Assembly (NCBI GenBank): GCA_044866355.1
Contig: JBIOTW010000033.1
Location: 13,373 to 77,372, forward strand
Length of the DNA: 64,000 bases
DNA from: Candidatus Limnocylindria bacterium
GTDB taxonomy: Bacteria > Chloroflexota > Limnocylindria > QHBO01
Direction of reading: 5' to 3'
Every line of letters starts with the position of its first letter. The stretch's first letter is position 1. Position numbers and translations under genes: made by a program. A model generated the notes under the pieces. The model was not told the origin of the DNA. It saw nothing but the letters and a program-made list of their open reading frames with translations, and ran no database searches. This document shows, one piece after another, positions 28,281 through 36,159 of the stretch.

Positions 28281-28868
28281 ATGGAAGGTCTGCCGGATCC
28301 CGGCCAGATCTGGAGCGACTTCACCAGCAATCCCGTCGTCCAGCTGGCAGCCACCCTCATCGTCATCTATGTCGTGCTGCTGTGGCTGGGTACCGCCTAC
28401 TGGGCCTTCCGCGACATGCAGGCCCGGACCGAGAATCCGATCCTGCCTTACTTCGCCTCGGCCCTGATCATCTTCTTCACTCCGCTCGTATTCCTGTTCG
28501 CGTGGCTGATGTACATCATCATTCGGCCCCGCGAGACCATGGCGGAGGTCTATGAGCGCTCGCTGGCGGAGGAGTCGTTGCTGGCGGAGATGGAGAAGCA
28601 TCGCAGCTGCCCCACCTGCCGGGCGCGGGTCGACGAGGACTGGATCGTATGCCCCAACTGTCGGACCCGCCTGCACCGGATCTGCCCGGCCTGCCAGCGC
28701 CTGACCGAGCCCGCCTGGTCGATCTGCGCCTTCTGCGGCACCGAGCTCCCGAGCCGGGCCCGCCCGGCCCCCGCCCCGGCGCGCATCGCGGCCACCGCCG
28801 CGAGCGAGCGCGCCCCCGAGTACGGGCCTGAGACGGGCGCCGTCCCGCAGCCGGCAACCAACCGCTGA
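28281..28868 (+). CDS. Membrane protein with C-terminal double zinc ribbon
   Basis: ATG 28281 (MEGLPDPGQIW); two TM helices then CPTCRARVDEDWIVCPNC and CPACQRLTEPAWSICAFCG. Paralogous in architecture to 25495-26283, with reversed domain order. Confidence 0.5.
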   Translation: MEGLPDPGQIWSDFTSNPVVQLAATLIVIYVVLLWLGTAYWAFRDMQARTENPILPYFASALIIFFTPLVFLFAWLMYIIIRPRETMAEVYERSLAEESLLAEMEKHRSCPTCRARVDEDWIVCPNCRTRLHRICPACQRLTEPAWSICAFCGTELPSRARPAPAPARIAATAASERAPEYGPETGAVPQPATNR

Positions 28869-28974
28869 CCGAACCGGCCGACCAGGGGGGCAACGGTCCT
28901 CAGCCGGCACCAGATCCCCTCCTCGCGGATCCTCCCAGGCCGTCCCCGCCACAGTCGCTCCTCCCGGAGCCGCT

Positions 28975-29030
28975 GCCCCCCGCGCCGCTGCCCGCCGCGC
29001 CGCTGCCCCCCGCGCCGCTCCCCCCTGCCT
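28975..29030. repeat. Tandem ~18-nt GC-rich repeat (ccgcgccgctgcccccc x3), encodes PAPLPP repeats in the CPBP reading frame
   Basis: Direct repetition visible in sequence: cgcgccgctgcccgccgcgccgctgccccccgcgccgctcccccc. Confidence 0.6.
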
Positions 29031-29068
29031 GGCCAGCATGGGTCATCGCCGGTCTGGGCCTCATCGTC

Positions 29069-29935
29069 GTGCTGGCCGGGGCGGCGTGGCTCTTCTACGC
29101 GACGGCCCTTTCGGGATCCGCGGAGGGCTGGCTCCTGCCCGCGGGGCTGACCGCGGCCGGCGCGGCCGGACTGCTGGGAGGACTGGGCTGGCTCGGCTGG
29201 CGCGGGATTCTCGCCCGACGCCACCTCCCGCTTCAGCGGTACCGAGGACCGAGCGTCATCCTCCTGTTCTTTGGCGCCATCGCGCTGTCCAACCTGCTGT
29301 CCCTGGTCCCGCTCCTGGCCGCCGCCGCCTCGGGGCAGGACATCACCAGTCCGGGTCCGGTGGCGACCACCGCGCTCCTGCTCCTCAGCCCCCTCGCGTT
29401 CCTGGTCGTGGTTGGCCTGTTCGTGCTACGGCCGCGAGCGCTGGCCGGCGCGCGACTGGGGGACGGACCGCTGACCGGCCGGAACGTGGCCCGGGGCCTG
29501 GCCCTGGGCGCCGCTGCCTGGGTGCTGGCCGCTCTCCTGACCGCCGTTCTCAGCTGGCTGTGGACCCAGGCGACAGGAGAGGAGCCGGCCGAGAGTCAGC
29601 TGGTGGCGACCCTGGCGTCCACGCTGCCGCCCCTGGTCGCCATCGCCCTGATCGGGATCCTGACGCCGGTGGCCGAGGAGCTCTTCTTCCGGTGGGTCGC
29701 CGTCAATGCCTGGGAGCGGGAGCATGGGACGCGCCCGGCCGTCCTGGGCTCGGCGGTGATGTTCGCGATCGCGCACGTCTCGGGTGGGACGCTGTTGGTC
29801 CTGCCTCCCATCTTCGTGCTGGGCCTGCTCCTGGCGGTGGCCTACGTCGCCACGCGGAGCCTGCCTCTCGTGATCGCCACCCACGTCACGTTCAATTGCC
29901 TGTCGGTGGCTGTCCTCTTTGTGGCGGGAGTCTGA
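29069..29935 (+). CDS. CPBP family intramembrane glutamic endopeptidase (CAAX protease/Abi)
   Basis: 288 aa from GTG; motif 1 VAEELFFRW, motif 2 FAIAHV, motif 3 HVTFNCL. The reading frame is open upstream back to 28832 with no ATG/GTG/TTG. Confidence 0.75.
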   Translation: MLAGAAWLFYATALSGSAEGWLLPAGLTAAGAAGLLGGLGWLGWRGILARRHLPLQRYRGPSVILLFFGAIALSNLLSLVPLLAAAASGQDITSPGPVATTALLLLSPLAFLVVVGLFVLRPRALAGARLGDGPLTGRNVARGLALGAAAWVLAALLTAVLSWLWTQATGEEPAESQLVATLASTLPPLVAIALIGILTPVAEELFFRWVAVNAWEREHGTRPAVLGSAVMFAIAHVSGGTLLVLPPIFVLGLLLAVAYVATRSLPLVIATHVTFNCLSVAVLFVAGV

Positions 29936-29995
29936 GGACCCGATGGAAATCGGCCGATAAGTCCCGAGACGGGGCCATCGGCGAAGGTCTGGGGC

Positions 29996-30598
29996 ATGAC
30001 GACCGGCCCTGCGGACGATGAGCTGCTGGCTCTCGTGCTGGGCGGGGCGCATGCACTAGCCACGGCTCGCAGCCTGCTCGACCGCCACGGGCTTGACCGG
30101 CTGCCGCACATGCTCGCCGCCGAGCTGTCGTCGGAGCCGGGCTTGGGCCCGCGCCGCGCGGCGTCCGTGGCCGCCGCGTTCGAGCTTGGTCGGCGGGCCG
30201 CCGCGCGCTGGCCGGCGCGTGGCTGGCAGGTGCGCACCCCGGCGGACGTGGCCGAGCGCCTGCTCCCCGAGATGGGTCATCTCGATCGCGAGGAGCTGCT
30301 GGTCTGCCTGCTGAACACGCGCAACGTCGTGCTGGGTCGGGCCACCGTCTACGTCGGGAACCTGGCCGGGTCCCCGGTCCGGATCGGCGAGGTGTACCGG
30401 GAGGCCATCCGCCGCCAGGCAGCGGCCGTGATCGTCGCCCACAACCATCCGTCGGGGGACCCGTCGCCCTCCGGAGACGACCTGCGGATCACGGCCGACC
30501 TCGCGGATGCGGGCCGGCTGCTGGACATCGAGCTGCTCGACCACCTGGTCATTGGGCACGACCGCTGGGTCAGCCTGCGGGCTGCCGGCGCGCTGTGA
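29996..30598 (+). CDS. radC: RadC-family JAB/MPN domain protein
   Basis: 200 aa; JAMM motif VAHNHPSGDPSPSGDDLRIT; N-terminal HhH-like segment. Confidence 0.8.
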   Translation: MTTGPADDELLALVLGGAHALATARSLLDRHGLDRLPHMLAAELSSEPGLGPRRAASVAAAFELGRRAAARWPARGWQVRTPADVAERLLPEMGHLDREELLVCLLNTRNVVLGRATVYVGNLAGSPVRIGEVYREAIRRQAAAVIVAHNHPSGDPSPSGDDLRITADLADAGRLLDIELLDHLVIGHDRWVSLRAAGAL

Positions 30599-30619
30599 CG
30601 CGCGCCGCCATCGGTCAGC

Positions 30620-31882
30620 TCAGGGGACGACCACGTGGTACAGGCCGCCGCCCGCGAAGTCGACGAGGTACATCTCACCCGCCTCGTCCTCGCCGAATGA
30701 GCTGATCTGCAATCCGCTCTCGAGGACGAGCTTGGGGGTGACGGTTCCCTCGTCCACCTGGAGGGTGAACACGAGCCCGCTGCACCAGTCGCCAAAGACG
30801 TAGATCCCGTTCAACGCCGGCTGGTCCTGACCGCGGTAGACGTAGCCGCCGATCACCGAGCAGCCCTGGTCATGCCCGTACTCGGCGATGGGCTGGACGT
30901 AGCCGGCCACCGTGCAGCTGGTGGCCAGGCAGTGGCGCCCCTCCATGACCGACCAGCCATAGTTCAGCCCACCCCCGGCATCCGCGGGCTGGCGGTCGAT
31001 CTCCTCCCAGCTCTCGCCCCCCACGTCGCCGATGTACAGGTCCCACCACTCTCGATCGAAGCTGATGCGCCATGGGTTTCGCATGCCGATGGCCCAGATC
31101 TCGGGGGCCCCGCCGCCGGCCGCGAACGGGTTTCCAGGGGGGATGGCATACGGGCGGCCCGCCGCGGGTGGCGCATCCACGTCGATGCGCAGGATCTTGC
31201 CCAGCAGGCTGTTGAGGTTCTGAGCGTTGCCGAACTGGTCGTTCTGCCCTCCGCCGTCACCCAGCCCGATGTACAGGTTGCCGTCGGGTCCGAAGGCCAG
31301 CCCTCCGCCGTTGTGATTGGGCGCGGGATCGGGGATGGCGATCAGGGTGCGCTCGCTGGCAGGATCCGCGGCGTTCGAGGAGCTCGAGACGTGGAACTCG
31401 GCAATGACGTTCGCCCCATCCGGCTGCCGCGTGTAGTTGACGAAGAAGCGGCCCGTCGTTCCGTACAGGGGGTGGAAGGCGAGCCCCAGCAGGCCCTGTT
31501 CCAGGCCACTGGTCACGACCCGGCTGTTGATGTCGAGGAAGGGCTGCGCCTCGACCGACCCGTCCGCGTTCACGATCCGAATCCGGCCGCCGCGCTCCAC
31601 CACGAACAGGCGGTCCGACCCATCCCCGGCGTGCGTGACGGCGGTTGGATCGACGAACCCTCCCGCGATCCGTTCGAGGGCGAGCGCATCGGGCCCGCTG
31701 GGGAGGGGTGGGAGGGTGGCTTCGGGTGGCGAATCGACGGGTGGGCTGGCCGATGCGCCGCCCGACGCGGCCGAAGGCGAGGCGGTCGGCGAAGGGCTGA
31801 CGCACCCCGCCATCGTCAGGGCCACCCCGACGACCAGGGCCAGCCGAACTGCGGGCGAACGGCCCAGGCGCGGATGAGTCAT
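30620..31882 (-). CDS. PQQ-dependent sugar dehydrogenase (soluble glucose/sorbosone dehydrogenase family) lipoprotein
   Basis: 420 aa; lipoprotein signal LVVGVALTMAGC; beta-propeller with GSDH-family motifs (HNGGGLAFGPDGNLYIGLGDGG, NYGWSVMEG). Confidence 0.7.
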   Translation of the reverse strand: MTHPRLGRSPAVRLALVVGVALTMAGCVSPSPTASPSAASGGASASPPVDSPPEATLPPLPSGPDALALERIAGGFVDPTAVTHAGDGSDRLFVVERGGRIRIVNADGSVEAQPFLDINSRVVTSGLEQGLLGLAFHPLYGTTGRFFVNYTRQPDGANVIAEFHVSSSSNAADPASERTLIAIPDPAPNHNGGGLAFGPDGNLYIGLGDGGGQNDQFGNAQNLNSLLGKILRIDVDAPPAAGRPYAIPPGNPFAAGGGAPEIWAIGMRNPWRISFDREWWDLYIGDVGGESWEEIDRQPADAGGGLNYGWSVMEGRHCLATSCTVAGYVQPIAEYGHDQGCSVIGGYVYRGQDQPALNGIYVFGDWCSGLVFTLQVDEGTVTPKLVLESGLQISSFGEDEAGEMYLVDFAGGGLYHVVVP

Positions 31883-31929
31883 CGGTCGAACAGCCTACCC
31901 GCTCGGATGGGGTAGGGTTCGATCGCCTC

Positions 31930-34023
31930 ATGACGACCACCCGCTCCAGCCTCCGCCGCCTGGCTCCCGCGGCCGAGCCAGGACCTGAGGCCGTCGGCAC
32001 CGCCCGAACCATCGTCATCGAGCGGGTCGCGCCGGAGCTGGATAGCGGCCGTTACCCCGCCAAGCGCGTGGTCGGTGACTGGTTCACGGTCAGCGCCGAT
32101 GTCATCGCTGACGGGCATCCTGTTCTGGGCGGCGCACTCCTGATCCGGGCTGATGACGAGACGGAGTGGCGCGAAGTCCCGCTGGTACCCGGCCGCCACG
32201 ATCGCTGGAGCGCGCGCATTCGGCTCACGCGAAACATCTGGCATTGGTACACGCTCGAGGCCTGGCGCGATGACGTCGCCAGCTGGAGTGACCGCCTTGT
32301 GCGCAAGGCGAGGGCTCGCATTGGGATCGAGACCGAGCTGGCCGAAGCCCAGCGACTGCTGCTGCGGACGGCCAGGCGAGCGGCCGCGGCCGGAGCCGCG
32401 GCCGACGCCAGCATCCTCCGTCAGGCGCGGTCCCGCCTGGCCGCCGCTCCGGACGCTCGCGCCGCGGCCCGGATCGCCCGCGAGCGAACTCTGCTGGCGG
32501 CCGGCGGCCGCCACCCAGACCGGTCGACGGCCACCCGATACGACCGGGAGCTGGCGCTTGTGGTCGATCGCCCGGCTGCCGTAACCGGCGCGTGGTACGA
32601 GCTATTCCCGCGTTCCCAAGGCCGCGCGTCAGGCCAGGCCACCACCCTGGTAGACGCCGAGTGGCGGCTTCCCGAGCTGGCTCAGCTCGGCTTCGACGTC
32701 GTCTACCTGCCACCCATCCATCCCATCGGGACCACCAACCGCAAGGGCAGGAACAACGCGGTCCAGGCGCAGCCCGGCGATGTCGGCAGCCCGTGGGCAG
32801 TTGGCTCCGCCGACGGCGGGCACGAAGCGGTTGCGCCGGAGCTGGGTGGGCTGAAGGCATTCCTCCACTTCCGGCGCGCGGCGGAGCGCCAGGGCCTGGA
32901 GGTCGCCCTGGACCTGGCCGTTCAGGCATCCCCCGATCACCCGTGGGTTCGCGAGCACCCGGAGTGGTTTCGTCGCGCGCCGGACGGGACCATCCGCCAT
33001 GCGGAGAACCCGCCCAAGCTCTACCAGGACATCTTCCCGTTCGACTTTCACACCCCCGACCCGGATGCCCGCGCCGCGCTGTGGGACGCCTGGCGCCGGA
33101 TCATCCTGATCTGGGTCGAGCGCGGGGTGCGGATGTTCCGGGTCGACAATCCGCACACCAAGCCGGTGGCCTTCTGGGCGTGGCTCATCCGTTCGGTGCA
33201 GTCGCAGCATCCGGACGTCATCTTCCTGTCCGAGGCGTTCACGTCCCATAAGCCCATGCGCCTGCTATCGAAGGCCGGCTTCACCCAGTCGTACACCTAT
33301 TTCACCTATCGGCCAGATCGCAACGGGCTGCGCGACTATCTGACCGAGCTGACGCTGTCCGAGATGCGCCAGTACTTCCGCGGCAACTTTTTCACCAACA
33401 CCCCCGACATCAACCCTCACTACCTGGCCCGCGGCAGAGCCGTCTTCGTGAGCCGTTTCGTCCTGGCCGCGACCATGTCGGGTGTGTACGGGATCTACTC
33501 CGGGTTCGAGCTGCTCGAACACCGGCGGGTCAGGCGCACCGATGAATACAAGGACAGCGAGAAATACGAGATCAAGGTCCGGGACTGGGACGCGCCGGGC
33601 AACCTGAAGCCGCTCATCGCGGCCATCAACCGACTGCGCCACGAGTGGCCCGCCCTGCAGCGGACCGAGACCCTGCGCTTCGAGAACATGAGCGGCGAGC
33701 GCACGATCTTCTATCGAAAAGCACTCCCGGTGGGTCGGATCGACCTGCTGAGCGAGGAGCCCAAGCGCTGGCGGCAACCGATCTGGGTGGCCGTCAACGT
33801 CACGCCCACCCGGTCCGAGGAGGCCATTCTGCGCCCCAACCTGAAGGCGGTGGGGATCGACCCCAAACGGCCGTATCGATACACCGAGCTGCTGACCGGG
33901 GTCAGCCGGCTGCGTCGGGGACGCGAGATCAGCGCGGTCCTGGGCCCGGCCCGCCCGTTCGTGATCTTCACCCTGACGCAGGACAAAGCCGGGCGTGTCC
34001 CCAGGGCCGCGCGGGCTGGCTGA
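31930..34023 (+). CDS. glgE: Alpha-1,4-glucan:maltose-1-phosphate maltosyltransferase
   Basis: 697 aa GH13_3 protein; signature AWYELFPRS, catalytic region RVDNPHTKP, length and domain order of GlgE. Confidence 0.85.
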   Translation: MTTTRSSLRRLAPAAEPGPEAVGTARTIVIERVAPELDSGRYPAKRVVGDWFTVSADVIADGHPVLGGALLIRADDETEWREVPLVPGRHDRWSARIRLTRNIWHWYTLEAWRDDVASWSDRLVRKARARIGIETELAEAQRLLLRTARRAAAAGAAADASILRQARSRLAAAPDARAAARIARERTLLAAGGRHPDRSTATRYDRELALVVDRPAAVTGAWYELFPRSQGRASGQATTLVDAEWRLPELAQLGFDVVYLPPIHPIGTTNRKGRNNAVQAQPGDVGSPWAVGSADGGHEAVAPELGGLKAFLHFRRAAERQGLEVALDLAVQASPDHPWVREHPEWFRRAPDGTIRHAENPPKLYQDIFPFDFHTPDPDARAALWDAWRRIILIWVERGVRMFRVDNPHTKPVAFWAWLIRSVQSQHPDVIFLSEAFTSHKPMRLLSKAGFTQSYTYFTYRPDRNGLRDYLTELTLSEMRQYFRGNFFTNTPDINPHYLARGRAVFVSRFVLAATMSGVYGIYSGFELLEHRRVRRTDEYKDSEKYEIKVRDWDAPGNLKPLIAAINRLRHEWPALQRTETLRFENMSGERTIFYRKALPVGRIDLLSEEPKRWRQPIWVAVNVTPTRSEEAILRPNLKAVGIDPKRPYRYTELLTGVSRLRRGREISAVLGPARPFVIFTLTQDKAGRVPRAARAG

Positions 34024-34026
34024 CCC

Positions 34027-35082
34027 GTGGGCATCTTCGATGGCGTCCTGGGAATCTTCAGCCACGACCTGGGGATCGACCTGGGCACCGCGAACACGTT
34101 GGTCACGGTCCGGCATCGGGGCATCGTCATCAGCGAGCCGTCGGTGGTGGCCATGGAAACGCGTTCGAAGCGGGTGCTCGCCATCGGGGCCGAGGCCAAG
34201 CGCATGGTCGGGCGCACCCCGGCCAACATCGTCGCCATCCGCCCGCTTCGGGACGGCGTCATCAGCGACTTCGACGTGACCGAGCAGATGATCCGGTACT
34301 TCATCGAGAAGGTGCACGATCGCTACTTCCGGATCCCGCGGCCCCGTGTCCTGGTGGGGATTCCGTCGGGCGTCACCGAGGTGGAGAAGCGCGCCGTCCG
34401 GGACGCGACCCTGAACGCGCACGCGCGCTGGGCACGCTTGATCGAGGAACCGATGGCCGCCGCCATCGGCGCCGGCCTGCCCGTCAGCGAGCCATCCGGC
34501 TCGCTCATCGTCGACATCGGTGGCGGGACCACCGAGGTGGCGGTCATCTCCCTGGGCGGGATCGTGGTGAGCCGATCCATCCGCATCGGCGGCGACGAGA
34601 TGGACCAGGACATCGTCAACTTCGCTCGGCGCGAGTACAACCTGCTGATGGGGGAGCGAACCGCGGAGGAGATCAAGATCGCGGCCGGCTCGGCCTATCC
34701 CGACACGAACCCACGAACCGTCACCTTCCGCGGGCGCGACCTGCTGACCGGCCTGCCCCGCAGCATCGAGGTGGGGAGCGACCAGATCCGCGAGGCCCTC
34801 GAGCCGTCCGTGGCGGCCATCATCCAGGCCATCAAGGACACCATCGAGGAGACGCCGCCCGAGCTGGTTGCCGACATCATGGACCAGGGCATCGTGCTGG
34901 CCGGCGGGGGCGCGCTCCTGGCCGGGCTGGATCGTCGCGTGGCGGAGTCGACCCAGATGCCGGTCCACGTCGCGGACGATCCGCTGACATGCGTGGTCCG
35001 CGGCACGGGTCGCGTCCTCGAGGAGCTCGACACGTTGGAACGGGTGCTGGTCAGCGAGCAGTACACCCGAGCCCCTCGATAG
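34027..35082 (+). CDS. mreB: Rod shape-determining protein MreB
   Basis: 351 aa actin-fold protein; DLGIDLGTANTLV, GGGTTEVAVISLGG; GTG start 3 nt after the glgE stop. Confidence 0.95.
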   Translation: MGIFDGVLGIFSHDLGIDLGTANTLVTVRHRGIVISEPSVVAMETRSKRVLAIGAEAKRMVGRTPANIVAIRPLRDGVISDFDVTEQMIRYFIEKVHDRYFRIPRPRVLVGIPSGVTEVEKRAVRDATLNAHARWARLIEEPMAAAIGAGLPVSEPSGSLIVDIGGGTTEVAVISLGGIVVSRSIRIGGDEMDQDIVNFARREYNLLMGERTAEEIKIAAGSAYPDTNPRTVTFRGRDLLTGLPRSIEVGSDQIREALEPSVAAIIQAIKDTIEETPPELVADIMDQGIVLAGGGALLAGLDRRVAESTQMPVHVADDPLTCVVRGTGRVLEELDTLERVLVSEQYTRAPR

Positions 35083-35091
35083 GGTCGACCG

Positions 35092-35982
35092 GTGCGCCGC
35101 GTGCCCGGCCTGCCTGGGCTGTCCCGGCTGTCAGGCTCCAGTCCGTATCGGCGCAGCCGGGGAAGGCAGTGGTGGGCGGTGCTCGCGGTGGTATCGCTGG
35201 CCCTGATCGTCGTGTCGGGGACCGAGGCGGTGCGATCGATTCAGCGCGCAACGACCCAACTCTTGAGCCCCGTCCACGGAACGCTGACCGGGATCGGCTC
35301 CGCCGCGGCCGACCTGGTGGAGACGATCGCAGAGATCGATCGGCTGCGGACCGAGAATGACGAGCTGCGCAGCGCCCTCGCCGGCGCGGAGCAGCGCATC
35401 GCCGAGCTCCAGGAAGCCGCGCGAGACAACGCACGCCTACGCGCCCTCCTGGGCCTGCCGCCGGTGCTCGGGTGGGAGCTCCTTCCGGCCCGGGTGACGA
35501 GCGCGGGCACCAGCGTGCTCAGCTGGGAGGTGGGCGTCAACGTGGGTCGAAACGACGGCGTCCGGGTGGGGATGGCGGTGGTGGGCGACGCGGAGGGGGG
35601 CGGCGGGCTGGCCGGAGTCGTCGTCGAGGCCAGCCCGGACAGTGCGGTGGTCCGGCTCGTCGTCGACCCCCGCGCCCGGGTGGTGGCTCGGGACCAGCGG
35701 ACCGAGGCCCTGGGCCTGGTGCAGGGGCAGCCGGGTGGCCAGCTGATCATGACCCAGGTCACGCTCACCGACGAGGTTGCGGTGGGCGACACGATCGTGA
35801 CCGCGGGCCTGGAGCTGGCGGGCGTCGCCGCCAGTCCGTACCCCCGCGGCCTGCTGCTGGGAACGGTCACCGCGCTCGAGGCCGACGCGAACGGCCTGAC
35901 CCAGACCGCGTTCGTCCGCCCGGCCATTGATCCGCGGACCGTGGAATGGCTGATGGTCGTCCTCTCCACCACGATCGACTGA
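35092..35982 (+). CDS. mreC: Rod shape-determining protein MreC
   Basis: 296 aa; N-terminal TM, coiled-coil (IDRLRTENDELRSALAGAEQRIAELQEA), C-terminal beta domains (GDTIVTAGLE). Confidence 0.8.
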   Translation: MRRVPGLPGLSRLSGSSPYRRSRGRQWWAVLAVVSLALIVVSGTEAVRSIQRATTQLLSPVHGTLTGIGSAAADLVETIAEIDRLRTENDELRSALAGAEQRIAELQEAARDNARLRALLGLPPVLGWELLPARVTSAGTSVLSWEVGVNVGRNDGVRVGMAVVGDAEGGGGLAGVVVEASPDSAVVRLVVDPRARVVARDQRTEALGLVQGQPGGQLIMTQVTLTDEVAVGDTIVTAGLELAGVAASPYPRGLLLGTVTALEADANGLTQTAFVRPAIDPRTVEWLMVVLSTTID

Positions 35983-36159
35983 GCCCGGCCGGGTTCGGCG
36001 TCGGGCCTGAGCCGCCCCCGAGCCGGGCCCACGCCGGGGCGTTGCCGGCGCGCACATGGGCCCAAGGTCCCGCGCTCCACGAACCATCGCCCCATGGGTT
36101 CGACCGCCGGCCGCCCGTAGGGTCGGAGCTGGACTTATCAGCTCTCGCGGGAGACCTCG

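Noticed and set aside
33501-33520. Palindrome GTTCGAGCTGCTCGAAC inside glgE
   Set aside because: Inverted orientation relative to the LexA box (GTTC...GAAC), inside a coding region; likely coincidental.
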